Assembly: GCA_047947115.1 (NCBI GenBank) | Contig: CP170459.1 | Span: 3,712,001 to 3,776,000, forward strand | Source: Verrucomicrobiota bacterium | GTDB taxonomy: Bacteria; Verrucomicrobiota; Verrucomicrobiia; Limisphaerales; AAA164-E04 | Direction of reading: 5' to 3' | DNA length: 64,000 nucleotides | Shown here: positions 30,332 to 40,871 of the stretch, piece after piece | Layout of the letters: every line of letters starts with the position of its first letter | Numbering within the stretch: position 1 is the first letter of the stretch | Program-made: the position numbers and the translations under genes | Notes under the pieces: model-generated | What the model was told of the DNA's origin: nothing | Databases searched by the model: none | What the model saw: the letters and a program-made list of their open reading frames with translations, nothing else

Positions 30332-31636
30332 ATGAACCCTCGAACACTGATCTTACTCGCGATGTTGGTCTGCTCGGCGTCTGCCCTAGCGGCGGAGAGC
30401 GACGCGCCCCTATTGCATCCACAACTTAAGCATCATGCGTGGCAGTTGGGATCCTGGATGGCCAAAGGTGGCAATGGGAACCATTGGGTGATCAGTTTTG
30501 CGCCGGCACTGGATGGGAATGCGATTGTTCTGGATGGCAAGCAGATCGATCCTCATGGGGACACGGTCGGAAGTGTGCACGCGGTCCGGATTTACGATCC
30601 CGATCTGAAAGCGTTGGTCACTCATTTTAAGGGGGCCAACACCGAAGCGGCATGGAATAACGTCGGTACTATCAAGCCCGGCCTGACCAGTTTTCGAAGG
30701 ACGACTGTTGATGAAGAGGGTCAGATTCAAACCTTTCTCACTGTGGACAAGGAGATCGACGCCGAAACCTATCACAATTTCGGAGTCACGGTGGATGCTG
30801 AGGGAAACGCAACCGCTCGTGATCCTTGGGAGCACCGAAGGGTGACTCGGATCGTAAGGGCGATCGACCACGTCCGCGAGAATGAGGAAGCCTATGTCTT
30901 AAACCTGGCCGCCGGTGCTTATCAGTTCCGGCCTGAGCAGTGGGCGGCGTCCGATCTGGAAATGACCATTCCTCTGCTATCCAATGCGATTCAATCGAAT
31001 CCTAACAACGCCCGGTTACGCTCCGCTCGGGCAAAGATTCATCTGCTAAGACACGAGTGGGAGTTCGCGGCAAAGGATTATTTGAAGTTTTCTGAATTAG
31101 ACGAAAAGGGATTTAATGACGGACACCATGCCAGTTTAACCTGGATGGACGGGGCAGCGGCCCAGGTACAGATTGGCGATATCTCGGCTTACCAGACTTT
31201 TGTGGCGCGAATGTTGAACCGTTTTGGAGGCTCCATGAACTTGATGACCGTGGAGCGGGTCGCGAAATCGGCCCTGTTCTTTGAGTCGACGAAGGTGGAT
31301 TTAAAAAAGGCTGGTGATTTGGCGGATCTTTCTTTGAAGTTCGAATGGCCTCATGCCCGATTTGTAAAGGCCTTAGTTGAATACCGATCGGGGCGGTTGA
31401 AAAGCGCCGCGGGGTTTGTTGACGAATGTCTCGCTCGAGCACCCAAACAGCAACCTTTTCTTTCTATCCAAGCCAACCTCCTGGGAGCCTTGATCGCCAA
31501 AGCCCAGGGCAACGAAGAGAAACTTCAATCCCATCAGGTCAAGGCGGAGCGTCACATGAAGGACCGGGTTTATGGTTGGTTTCATAATAAGGTCATTGGC
31601 GAGGCCTTACTCAAGGAATTGAAGAGGGGTCTTTAG
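30332..31636 (+). CDS. Exported lipocalin-like barrel + TPR-like helical protein
   Basis: Signal peptide ending ALA-A; LKHHAWQLGSW...LDGNAI...YDPD; C-terminal helical repeats NPNNARLRSARAKIH, ERVAKSALF, VKALVEYRSG. Confidence 0.82.
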   Translation: MNPRTLILLAMLVCSASALAAESDAPLLHPQLKHHAWQLGSWMAKGGNGNHWVISFAPALDGNAIVLDGKQIDPHGDTVGSVHAVRIYDPDLKALVTHFKGANTEAAWNNVGTIKPGLTSFRRTTVDEEGQIQTFLTVDKEIDAETYHNFGVTVDAEGNATARDPWEHRRVTRIVRAIDHVRENEEAYVLNLAAGAYQFRPEQWAASDLEMTIPLLSNAIQSNPNNARLRSARAKIHLLRHEWEFAAKDYLKFSELDEKGFNDGHHASLTWMDGAAAQVQIGDISAYQTFVARMLNRFGGSMNLMTVERVAKSALFFESTKVDLKKAGDLADLSLKFEWPHARFVKALVEYRSGRLKSAAGFVDECLARAPKQQPFLSIQANLLGALIAKAQGNEEKLQSHQVKAERHMKDRVYGWFHNKVIGEALLKELKRGL

Positions 31637-31737
31637 ATAGAAGGCCATTAAGCTTGGGGAGACGTCCGATTTGGCGGTGATATCAGACTCCTCGACGAGG
31701 TCTCTCTGGAGTCGGACGGCTAACTTAGAAATTTAGA

Positions 31738-32829
31738 ATGATGAATCATAAAACAAACTTAATTGGATGTACCCTGATCGCGTGCCTGCTGTTTGCAGGC
31801 GGACGGATGATGGGTGAAGAAACGCTGCGTATGCCCTCGAGTTGGAAGGAGTTGGTGGCGTTTCGAATGGCCAAGGGGGATCTAGGGGAGTGGAAGGGAA
31901 CAGGTGTGACCACCGGGATCTGGGCGGGCATTCCGGCCGGCTTGGATTATGAAATATCCGAGAGCGTGGATTGGAACGCTGACCGGACGAAACTGTTGAA
32001 TTCCCATCGGTTCAAGACCAGGGCTGGTGCGATTCTCAGCACGGGGGCGGGTTTCGTCACCTTTGATGCCCAGCGCGGCGGATTCTATGCCAGTGGATCG
32101 GGTTACGATAGCGGGCAATTGTACACGGGGTTCAGTCGCCTGGTCGGCTTGGGCAGGGATCGGGAGGTCTGGACTTACACCGAATCGATCGGGGGGCAGA
32201 CCTACAACGTCCGCAGAACGACCCGATGGGTGTCCGATACTGAGAAAGTGGTGACGTCACAGCGGGAGGGAGGCGCCGCGACCGCCGACGTCGTACGATT
32301 GACGAAGGTGGTGAAGGGACAGGGTAAAGGTCAGGGCCAGGGAAAGATTGCCCCCTCCTCGCTAGAGGATTTCTACGAATTCTGTGACTTGTTGGAGGGA
32401 CGTTGGATGCGCGATGTGATCCTGATTGCCGACTGGCCCGGGGTCGGATTGAAACGGGGGGAAACACTGACCGGCTATGATTCGTTCTCAAAATTACTGG
32501 ACGGGGAGTTACTACAGTGGCGTTCGTCTGCTGGAGAAGCGGAATACACCGCCTTTTTCCACTGGGACAGCGCGTCCTCAACCATCCAGACCACGGCCTA
32601 CAACGCCTCTGGCGCCATGCATCATCTGGTGTGGTGGAAGGAGGGAGACGGTCATTATACGTTTAAGTTGGATCGAGCCTTTGAGCGAGATGGCAGGCGA
32701 TTGAAAGGGCAGGCAAGTTTTGTTTTCGAGGACGATGGCCGTGCCTTTCGATTCCTCGGGGAAGGCCTCAAGCTGGGGGGTGAAAAACTGGATCCCCTCC
32801 GTGACGTGTTCCGTAAGGTTTCCAAGTAA
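31738..32829 (+). CDS. Exported protein, two barrel modules joined by a GQGK linker
   Basis: Signal peptide; DLGEWKGTG..IWAGIPAG and LLEGRWMRD..ADWPGVG; FDAQ/WDSA motifs. Confidence 0.8.
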   Translation: MMNHKTNLIGCTLIACLLFAGGRMMGEETLRMPSSWKELVAFRMAKGDLGEWKGTGVTTGIWAGIPAGLDYEISESVDWNADRTKLLNSHRFKTRAGAILSTGAGFVTFDAQRGGFYASGSGYDSGQLYTGFSRLVGLGRDREVWTYTESIGGQTYNVRRTTRWVSDTEKVVTSQREGGAATADVVRLTKVVKGQGKGQGQGKIAPSSLEDFYEFCDLLEGRWMRDVILIADWPGVGLKRGETLTGYDSFSKLLDGELLQWRSSAGEAEYTAFFHWDSASSTIQTTAYNASGAMHHLVWWKEGDGHYTFKLDRAFERDGRRLKGQASFVFEDDGRAFRFLGEGLKLGGEKLDPLRDVFRKVSK

Positions 32830-32902
32830 AGGCGTGTACCCTTCACCATGTTATGGAGGGAAAAAACGCCTGTAACTGAAGCGAAGATAAAGCCGAAAAG
32901 AA

Positions 32903-34705
32903 ATGAACAAGAGATTAGTGAGTCTGTTTTTACTGGGATCCTTTTGCGTCACGGGATGGGCGCAGGATTGGTCCGCGATGCGGGGCGCCTGGAAGAGGGA
33001 AAACCGATACCGTTTTCAATGGGATGTCGATGACACCGATCTTTCGGCCGTCATCGGTCTGCAAGTGGATGCTGAAGGCACGGTCGAGAGCATGTGGGAG
33101 GCTTGGGTAGCGCCGCCCAATGAAAACGGATTCAGCCCCCGGATGTATGTGAGTTCCGGCGGGACGGTGGGCTATGCGGCCCAAACCTTCAAAGACGGGG
33201 AGATGCATCTTTTTTGGATGCCCCGGAACGGAGGAGGGGGTGGGGGGCATGTCTCGGCCAAGCTCTCCAAGGATGGGATGTCGACGGAACAGCGGGGAGG
33301 AATGTCGCTTGGTCCGAACGGTTTTTCGGAAAACACCGGGTTGAAAATAGGCCTGACCAAGTTGCCTAACAGCGATGTGAAGGGTTGGAAAACCCTTCGC
33401 GCGCTCCGCGAATCAGGGGTGATCAAGATGTCCGATCCGAATGAGACATCCCTTTTCGAACCCAGCCTGGAACCGCTTCTGGGGCGTTGGCAGTCGACTC
33501 GGCCCGACGGCAGCCTGGCGTTGGAGATTCGCTGGAGGCCCTCTTGCCAGGGAGCATTTTTAGTGGAGCGTTACGCTTTCTTTGACGAAGCCGGCAGGGT
33601 CACCGCTTCGGGACTCAACATTAGCGGGAAAGATCCGTTTTCCGATCAGGTCTTAATGTGGGGCAACAGTGATCAAGGCTTTCACCAAAAGGGGGGGTGG
33701 GATTTTAAAGGGGATAAGAGCTTCATCCAGCGCGAGGGCAACCACCGATTGGTTCGAAACCTCAAAGAGGATGGCACGATCCAGGCCCACTGGGAGCAGA
33801 GAGTGAACGGGGAATACCAGAAGGGCAAAGACTCCCAGTCTTATCGGTTGACCAAGGTTCCCTCCAGCGATGAGGCACTCTCTGTCATAGAGACTCACAT
33901 TGACCGTTTTGTCACCGTGTTCAACCGAGGGGATTTACGCGAGCTAAAAAAGCTCTACGCGAAAGATATCGTCAAGGTCACGAGTCGATCCAGAAATCCG
34001 TTGATCGGGTGGGATGCGGTAAGGGCGGATTTTGAAGGACGCGCAGGGGCGGCGGATAAATTGAAGGCCAAGGTTTTACGTGCCTCATTTTTAACGCCTG
34101 AATACGTGATGGGATCAGGTGAGTTCATGTTCGTCGGGCCGGATGGTAAGACCAAGGCTGCTGGTAAGTGGGGTAATGTTTTCCGCATTGAGAACGGTCG
34201 TTGTCTGCTGGTGCAGGAAGCGGCGTTTCTGAACCGGATCGAGGGGGCTGCCTTTGATGCTTCCGGCTGGGAGCTCGGATCCGTTCAGGCGGACAGGCTG
34301 ACAAAGTCCGAGCGTTCGGCTTACCGGAGTGCTGATCGCAGTATCGCGGACTACGTTGAAGGTTGGAAGCGGCGGGAGGTCGGGGCCTTGGTTGATGTGT
34401 TTCACCATGCCGCGATCCGTTCGGTTTCAGGCGTCGAGGGAGTTCGATGGAATCACGCTTCGATTGAGCGATCTTTCAAACAGGAGTTGGCTGGATCAAT
34501 AGGTCAGCAGTCGCCTGAACTTGAGGCCGTGACACTGGGTGCGCGCCCCATTGGCGGAAGAATGGTGATGGCGTTTGGTCAATGGCAGGGCAAGTCCAAG
34601 GAGGGCGGCCGGGTGACCGAGGGGGGGCTCTGGGGCAATGTCCTGTTGCAAGACGGTGACCAGGTCAAAATCATACTCGAGTCCGCAGGTGTTTATCAGC
34701 CGTAA
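32903..34705 (+). CDS. Exported protein, two barrel modules + two SnoaL/DUF4440-like domains
   Basis: Signal peptide ending GWA-Q; MRGAWKR, LEPLLGRWQS; FVTVFNRGDLRELKKLYAKD and YVEGWKRREVGALVDVFHHAA, each ending G.WGNV. Confidence 0.84.
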   Translation: MNKRLVSLFLLGSFCVTGWAQDWSAMRGAWKRENRYRFQWDVDDTDLSAVIGLQVDAEGTVESMWEAWVAPPNENGFSPRMYVSSGGTVGYAAQTFKDGEMHLFWMPRNGGGGGGHVSAKLSKDGMSTEQRGGMSLGPNGFSENTGLKIGLTKLPNSDVKGWKTLRALRESGVIKMSDPNETSLFEPSLEPLLGRWQSTRPDGSLALEIRWRPSCQGAFLVERYAFFDEAGRVTASGLNISGKDPFSDQVLMWGNSDQGFHQKGGWDFKGDKSFIQREGNHRLVRNLKEDGTIQAHWEQRVNGEYQKGKDSQSYRLTKVPSSDEALSVIETHIDRFVTVFNRGDLRELKKLYAKDIVKVTSRSRNPLIGWDAVRADFEGRAGAADKLKAKVLRASFLTPEYVMGSGEFMFVGPDGKTKAAGKWGNVFRIENGRCLLVQEAAFLNRIEGAAFDASGWELGSVQADRLTKSERSAYRSADRSIADYVEGWKRREVGALVDVFHHAAIRSVSGVEGVRWNHASIERSFKQELAGSIGQQSPELEAVTLGARPIGGRMVMAFGQWQGKSKEGGRVTEGGLWGNVLLQDGDQVKIILESAGVYQP

Positions 34706-34789
34706 TCGGTCGCTCAAATGGAGCTTTTCGAGCCGTTCGATCAACAATCACGACAGAATTTTAAAAATGAAACAAAGATAACAGAAAAA

Positions 34790-36460
34790 ATGAAAACAAA
34801 GATAACAGATAGAATGAAGGGGGCGGCATGGCGTTTGGGCGGGATGCTTTTCCTCGTGATGCTGCCCTTGGCCGGGTTGTCGCAACAGGGGCAGGGTCGG
34901 TCTTTTGAGGTGCGGCTCAAGGAAGCGACGAAACCATGGGACTACGGCGTGATCGCCTACGTCGCGGTCGATCCGGCGAAGGAAGATCTTTACCTGGAGT
35001 TCGTCGAGGAATGGGCCGAGGAGATCGACAATCGGATTATCGAAAAAGGCTATGCCCTTCAATCGGGTTGGAACAAAACCGATTCGGATTCAGCAGTGTC
35101 TAACTATGTCTATTGGATGGTCTCCCGGGAAGTGGAGGCCATGTTGCCTGGTAATCCTCTGGGAAGTGCCATGATGAATGAGGTTTGGAGTGAGATCGCA
35201 AAAGAGGAGGGTGAGGCGAAGGCGGAAGCGATAAAGACCCGTCTCGAACAGAAATTCGAAGCCTCTGCCAAGATGATCGGCACGCAGACCGTCGCCCTGA
35301 TTGATTGGACCTATGCCACCGACTGGGAAGCTGTTGATTTTGACAAGGTCCGAATAGAGTTCGGCCAGATGGTTCCTCGCGAGGGTAAAGAGCAGGCGTA
35401 TGTGGCTTTGGAACGGGATTATTTTTCAAAGCTCTGGCAGTCCCACTTAGGTTTTGACTTCTCATTCACAGGGTGGAGCATGATGAAGGAAATCGCGAGC
35501 ACTGGCGTGACCCCGGAGGCCCCTTTCATCACCATCCGAACCTACCGTAGTGACAAACCTTCCCCGACCGCAGCCCAGTGGGAAGCATTCAGGAAAACCA
35601 GCCTCAAACTGCCGGAAGGGACGAACATGGGGGCTTTGAGAGAATTCACGAATATCACCTATCGGGGCGTCCATACCTCTGACGCAACCCGGTCGCCTGA
35701 GGCAAAGGCTTGGTCGGACTTGGTCGGCACTTGGACGGCTCGAAATCCCAATGGCGGATGGCGGACGAAGACGATCAGTCCCTTCATTGAACAGATCCAG
35801 TACTTTGGCCCTGATGGCAAGATGGGTGGTGAGCAGCGTAAACCGATGTCGATCCGTCACATCAAGGGACTCAATTACTTTAGTGCTCACATGTCGGGAG
35901 GTAACTACACCAGCATTTTCGATGTGCATGACGGCAAATGGTATGAGCAATCCAGATCGATCTTTGAGGAGGCCAGTGGTCAGCCGGACCGCTTCTTTAT
36001 TTACAGCAAATCGGACCAACCCGAGCCGATTGACCGATCCGCATTCACAAGAAGTGGACCCGAAATCGAACAGGTTAAGGCAACCGTTCAGGCCTATGCA
36101 GCGGGTGACATTGACGCCTATCTAAGCCATTTCACCGAGAATGCCACCGCCGGCCACAACAGTTGGTCGAGAGAAGGGAGTGTGCCGGTCTCGACCATCG
36201 CCGCCGTTCATCGGGATCATCACCGTCAGCTGGCTGGGAAGATCGAGATCACCAAGTCAATCTATGAACTGGTTACCCTCAAGGGAGGTGGAAAACATGC
36301 TCACGCCTGGTTGAACTTCAAACACACCTACAAGACCGGCGAGATCGTCGAAGTGCCCGTCTTTGTGGCGTTTGGGATCAATCGGCAGAACAAGATCACA
36401 TACGAGTGGGCCTTCTATGACAGCGCTCTCCTGCCCAAGGCCTCGCCCTATAAAGAGTAG
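34790..36460 (+). CDS. Exported protein: alpha+beta pair + barrel + SnoaL-like domain
   Basis: Signal peptide; full-length paralog of 39106..40803 (LVGTWT, HDGKWYEQ, GGKHAH.W, VFVAFG, TYEWA); start ATG 34790 or slightly downstream. Confidence 0.84.
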   Translation: MKTKITDRMKGAAWRLGGMLFLVMLPLAGLSQQGQGRSFEVRLKEATKPWDYGVIAYVAVDPAKEDLYLEFVEEWAEEIDNRIIEKGYALQSGWNKTDSDSAVSNYVYWMVSREVEAMLPGNPLGSAMMNEVWSEIAKEEGEAKAEAIKTRLEQKFEASAKMIGTQTVALIDWTYATDWEAVDFDKVRIEFGQMVPREGKEQAYVALERDYFSKLWQSHLGFDFSFTGWSMMKEIASTGVTPEAPFITIRTYRSDKPSPTAAQWEAFRKTSLKLPEGTNMGALREFTNITYRGVHTSDATRSPEAKAWSDLVGTWTARNPNGGWRTKTISPFIEQIQYFGPDGKMGGEQRKPMSIRHIKGLNYFSAHMSGGNYTSIFDVHDGKWYEQSRSIFEEASGQPDRFFIYSKSDQPEPIDRSAFTRSGPEIEQVKATVQAYAAGDIDAYLSHFTENATAGHNSWSREGSVPVSTIAAVHRDHHRQLAGKIEITKSIYELVTLKGGGKHAHAWLNFKHTYKTGEIVEVPVFVAFGINRQNKITYEWAFYDSALLPKASPYKE

Positions 36461-36516
36461 GAACCTCATTGGGCGAGTCCTGCGAATCGCGGCAAAAAGG
36501 CATAAATCGAACCACC

Positions 36517-36710
36517 ATGACAATTCCCAATAGACTGAAAAAATCCCTCCGAGCGATCGTCGTCGTCGGTTGTCCTCAAGGGGCTATGGTCACGCACGCG
36601 TCCATGCCCGAGGCCGTTAAAGCGAGTCTAAACCGGATGGTGGGGCAATGGGTGCTGAGCACCGAACTCGGCGACCGTACTGTTACCGAAAGCATTACCT
36701 TTGAGTCGTC
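36517..36710 (+). pseudogene. Truncated paralog of 27654 gene, interrupted by IS3
   Basis: MPEAVKASLNRMVGQWVLSTELGDRTVTESITFE aligns with MPVHVKQSLDRLVGHWETVTQLGGRQIIEHATLE; runs into IS3 sequence. Confidence 0.78.
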
Positions 36711-37733
36711 AATTCTCTCCTGAACTTGTCGTGGAAACTTTCGACATACCCGTTCTACCATGGGCTACCAGGATCAATGTAGAGCGTTTTGATACCCTGT
36801 TCCTTGAGCCACTCTCCCAATGAACGTCCGATAAACTCTGGACCATTGTCCGATCGGATGAAGTCAGGTGCTCCATATTTGTCGATCATTTTTTCCATCA
36901 GTGCTTGAACCGTCTTGGAACCTATATGTCTGGCCACATGGAGACAATGGGCCTGGCGCGTGTATTCATCGACAACACTCAAAATCCGGCAACTGCCTCC
37001 TTTGAGTGTCCAGTCATGGATAAAATCCCAAGTCCATACATGCCCGGGATAGGATGCCTTCTGCGGGTGCCGTCCAGTGGATTGCCCCAATCGCCGCTGC
37101 TTTTTCTTTGGAGGTGGAACCAGGAGCCCTTCTTGCCGACGAACCTGTCTGACTCGATCATTACTGACTCTATGGTTCTCATTACGCACTAACCTCCCAA
37201 TCTTATCTGCTCCTCATTCCGGGTATTCATGACTAAGCCTGACAATGGCCTGTTCCACAGCAAAGCGGTATGGTGACGGAAACTTGGCTTCGTATCGGAA
37301 CGTGGACCTATTGATTTCAAAGAAACGGCAAGCTTGCCGTTGAGAGCAACCTTCCTCTTTCTTGGCCTGTCTGGCAAGATCGCGGCGATGAGCGGGGCTC
37401 AAAGCTTTTTTTCAATGGTCTCCTTGAGAACTTTGATTCCAAGCATGGCCTCGGCATACATTTTCTTGAGCTCGGCATTTTCCTTTTCCAGGGCGTTCAA
37501 CCGCTTGGCATCGGCTTCACTCATGAGGCCGTATTTTTTGCGCCACCGATGGAGAGTTGCTATGGATATTTGCTTCTGCCTACGGAACGCCTCCTGGTTC
37601 AGATCGCTCCTATCGGCCTCCCGCAACAAGCGGATAATTTCTTCTGGTTTGTGTCTTTTTTGCTTCATTGTGAGTTGTTTTGTTTATTCAAAACTTCTCA
37701 CTCGCTTTGGGCCAGTTTTTCAGGCGGCGGCCA
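36710..37733 (-). mobile_element. IS3-family element, degraded and right-end truncated
   Basis: orfA 37399..37668; orfB broken (37214..37402, 36755..37189) with HVWTWDF, IRSDNGPEF, PGSPW*NGYVESF; left end at 37733. Confidence 0.9.
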
Positions 37734-38180
37734 TCGCCTTTGACTGAGTTTTTTCAAGTTGGGCTCAATCATTTGTCGTCGATGTCCAAACCCAACTGCA
37801 CGCACTTTTTTTGCAGCCACTCCACCTCCATGGTCAACTGGCCAACCTTGGCCTGTAGGGCATTTCGCACCGGAGTAAAGTCCTTGTCCTTCTTCTTTTT
37901 CGTATCTTTCTCGAAGGCGGAATCCATGTTGTCCATCAGATGCTTCTTCCATTCACTTACCTGGACCGGATGGATCTAATATTACGCCGCAATCTCTGAT
38001 GCCGTCTTGATACCCTTAATGGCCTCCATGGCCACTCTTGCCTTAAATTTGGAGCTATGGCGCCGCCTGTTCTGTTTGCTCATTCTGATTTTGTCCTTTG
38101 ACTTGCGTCATCCTACAAAACCCAAGCTCTTTATCAAAAATTTAGCTTAACTCCTGGCCCAGTTTTCCGGGTCCGCCACA
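37734..38180 (-). mobile_element. Second IS3-family remnant (orfA pseudogene)
   Basis: Left end TGTGGCGGACCCGGAAAACTGGGCCA at 38180; MSKQNRRRHSSKFKARVAMEAIKG...IHPVQVSEWKK...KVGQLTMEVEWLQKK with stops. Confidence 0.85.
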
Positions 38181-38278
38181 ATAGGCAATGGAGGGGCCAT
38201 TGCATCGTGTAAATATGATGGAACCTGGCATGTCTCGTGTCGATCACAAAGAGGAAGTTTGTGCAATGGATCGATGGT

Positions 38279-38827
38279 CTACTTGGAGCCTTTTGGGGCT
38301 GACTGCGCAGCGATGCGTTTGTGTTCGGTCGATGGCAGTTGGTTGACGCGTCCTTGGGCATCGATCTGGATTCGGATGAAAGTGTAGTTCTCATCGTCGC
38401 GTCGAATGTCCATTCCGACATGCGATTCGATCTCTCCATCCTCATTCAGGCTCTCGGTTCGGAAGATGGTCTTGTCCTTGAACAAGGAGCCCTTGTTTTC
38501 CCAGTAATCGCCCTTGCTGTTGATGAAAACAGTTCTCACGGTTTTTTCTTTCTTGTCGTAAAACCGCATTCCGTGAATTTGGTTGCCGTTGCTGTGGCTT
38601 CCCTGGATTTGAATCATCGTACCCTTCAACTGAGCAGTGAAGGAAACCGTCCACTTGCCGTCTGGGAAGGTGGCTTGCCATGTGCCGAGCTGCCAGGCCA
38701 TGGGTTGAAGGGGGCTGATAAGGTTTTGCTCATCGGCTCTTGTCATGCTAACCCATGGCAGTATGACAAGGAACAGGGTCCAGACGGAGGCCCGGAGGTG
38801 GTAACTGATATTATTTAGCAATCTCAC
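38279..38827 (-). CDS. Exported single lipocalin-like barrel protein
   Basis: Signal peptide ending TRA-D; LQPMAWQLGTWQ...WTVSFTAQLKGTMI...RFYDKK, paralog of the 30332 N-domain; GTG start 38827 inferred. Confidence 0.8.
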   Translation of the reverse strand: MRLLNNISYHLRASVWTLFLVILPWVSMTRADEQNLISPLQPMAWQLGTWQATFPDGKWTVSFTAQLKGTMIQIQGSHSNGNQIHGMRFYDKKEKTVRTVFINSKGDYWENKGSLFKDKTIFRTESLNEDGEIESHVGMDIRRDDENYTFIRIQIDAQGRVNQLPSTEHKRIAAQSAPKGSK

Positions 38828-38834
38828 ATTGATA

Positions 38835-38863
38835 ACCACGACTTGTGGGTACCAACTGCGCCA
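38835..38863 (-). promoter_or_regulatory. Putative ECF promoter TGGCGC-N17-CGTGGT
   Basis: Minus strand: T-run, TGGCGC (38863-38858), 17-nt spacer, CGTGGT (38840-38835). Confidence 0.68.
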
Positions 38864-39059
38864 AAAAAATCTCCTTAGATGTTGGGTGGACTTAATTCAG
38901 GTGTCCCAGGTAATTCATTTTTTTAACGCCATTTGAAGTGATGCATGGCCGAAATTGCTATCTTTTGTGACCAAAAGAAATCGTTTAGCCCGGTGGCCGA
39001 TTTATCGCGCATTTAATATGCAGAAACCAGTCAAAAAATTTGCAATCTTGTGACTTTTT

Positions 39060-39088
39060 TGGCGGGTTTATCCCGCGTTGCACGTTTC
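39060..39088 (+). promoter_or_regulatory. Putative ECF promoter TGGCGG-N17-CGTTTC
   Basis: T-run, TGGCGG 39060-39065, 17-nt spacer, CGTTTC 39083-39088; ATG at 39106. Confidence 0.68.
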
Positions 39089-39105
39089 AATATTGTAATT
39101 CATCT

Positions 39106-40803
39106 ATGAAAAATACAAGACTTCTCATAATTTATACACTATTAGCCACTTTGTTGGCAAGCTGCGCTACAACGAACCAGACTTCGACCGAAATTGCCGC
39201 ACCGAAAGCAGAACAAAATCAACAAACCACACCGGCCGAAGAAGTTCCTTATTCGGTTCGCTTAAAGCAAGCAAGGCAACCGTACGGATTTGTCCTATTC
39301 CAGAGCATGGATGTTGCTGATGGAATGGAGAAACAATATCTAAGGGTTGAAAAGGAGTGGCTTAAAATCCACGAACATTTGGCCAAGCAGGGAAAAATCC
39401 TTTCCTGGGGCCTGGCCAAAGCCAGAGAGAATAGTCTTGGTTATGAATACGTAACCTGGAAGACGTTTAGGTCACTAAAGGACCTAGAGGCAACTTACGA
39501 TTGGGACGAATTAGGAAAGTGGATGGGACAAGAAAAATTAGATCTGCTTTTCGAAAAGACAAATGAGGCAAGAACGATAACTGGAAGTCAAGTCCTGCGG
39601 CTGCGCGACTACGCTCAAATGCCCTTATCCCAGACAAGCATTTTTGAGAACCTCTCACCACAAGACATCTCATTCAGGTTAAATTTCCTCGCCCCAACAC
39701 CTGGAAAAAGAGCCAAATATTTGGAGATTGTCGAAAAGGCATACAGTCCATTGTTTGAGAAAAGGGCCGAGATAGACAAAACTTTCCTCGGCTGGGAATA
39801 TCAGGAGCTCATGTATTACAATGGCCAGGGCAACACAGAGCCATTTAGAGGAATAGATATTTTTAGAAATGACATCCCAGAGCTGACAGAAGCTGAGCAA
39901 GAAATCGTAAATGCTGAACTCCCAAGCTGGCCGGAGGATATCTACCCAATGTCAAAGCGCGGGGAGTTACGGACTATGACTACCGTCACCTTCGATATTG
40001 TGCAGGTCATCATGCAAAATGCTGAATCGACTCTCATGAATGAGCTAGTTGGCACTTGGACACACACAAACCCTGATGGCTCATACCGAACAAAAACAGT
40101 TACTCCTTATGCTGAGCAACTCAGTTTTTTCGCTTCAGATGGAACTCTTTTGCAGAAAAGGCAGCCTATTCCCTTGCGCATCGAAGCAAGCAACAAATTG
40201 ACTAGGTTCACGGGCTTTTTCCCAAATGGAAAAACATGGAATGCGTCCATACAAATTCACGATGGAAAATGGTATGAGCAGGATAGAGCCTTCACCGACC
40301 TCGAACAGTTTGATGGTGTTTATCCAGCGGCGCCCGATGCCTACTTCGTCTACGAAAAGTCAGCAGAACCGGCTCAAAGAAATCTTGCTGCCTACGACAA
40401 TTCTGAGGAAGGCACGGCCCTAATTCGAAACATCGTAGAATCATATGCCAAGGGTGATTTCAAAAAACTTCGTAGCTACTTTAGTGATGATGCAAAAGTT
40501 GTTCACAACCAATGGGGACCAGCCGCCGAAGGAATAACTATCGATGAGCTAATTGAGACTCATAAAAAACACCATGCCACACTTGCAAAACCTGTCGAAG
40601 TCCTGAATAGCATCTACGAAGCGGTCACATTGCCAAATGGCGGCAAACATGCACATGGATGGATTAACATGCGTAATACAACCAAATCAGGAGAAGTCAC
40701 AGACACCAACGTTTTCGTCGCATTTGGTGTAGGAAATGATGGCAAAGCCACCTATGAATGGGCTCTTTTCGACCCGGCAGGAATACCATCATACCAAAAG
40801 TAG
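39106..40803 (+). CDS. Lipoprotein: alpha+beta pair + barrel + SnoaL-like domain
   Basis: Lipobox LLASC; YLRVEKEWLKIHEHLAKQGKILSWGLAK; LVGTWTHTNPDGSYRTK; SnoaL-like IVESYAKGDFKKLRSYFSDDA. Confidence 0.85.
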   Translation: MKNTRLLIIYTLLATLLASCATTNQTSTEIAAPKAEQNQQTTPAEEVPYSVRLKQARQPYGFVLFQSMDVADGMEKQYLRVEKEWLKIHEHLAKQGKILSWGLAKARENSLGYEYVTWKTFRSLKDLEATYDWDELGKWMGQEKLDLLFEKTNEARTITGSQVLRLRDYAQMPLSQTSIFENLSPQDISFRLNFLAPTPGKRAKYLEIVEKAYSPLFEKRAEIDKTFLGWEYQELMYYNGQGNTEPFRGIDIFRNDIPELTEAEQEIVNAELPSWPEDIYPMSKRGELRTMTTVTFDIVQVIMQNAESTLMNELVGTWTHTNPDGSYRTKTVTPYAEQLSFFASDGTLLQKRQPIPLRIEASNKLTRFTGFFPNGKTWNASIQIHDGKWYEQDRAFTDLEQFDGVYPAAPDAYFVYEKSAEPAQRNLAAYDNSEEGTALIRNIVESYAKGDFKKLRSYFSDDAKVVHNQWGPAAEGITIDELIETHKKHHATLAKPVEVLNSIYEAVTLPNGGKHAHGWINMRNTTKSGEVTDTNVFVAFGVGNDGKATYEWALFDPAGIPSYQK

Positions 40804-40871
40804 AGTAAACATCGGATTACATGACAAAATGTCACACATTGTAATAATGGAAGGTAACGTGGTTCCTGAAA

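Noticed and set aside
31672..31700. Fifth ECF-like promoter (TGGCGG...CGA) before the 31738 gene
   Set aside because: Spacing is 18 nt and the -10 reads CGA rather than CGT; not counted
27654..36710. Integron cassette array explanation for the tandem exported genes
   Set aside because: Intergenic spacers share no attC-like RYYYAAC/GTTRRRY structure or common repeat that I could see, and no integron integrase is present
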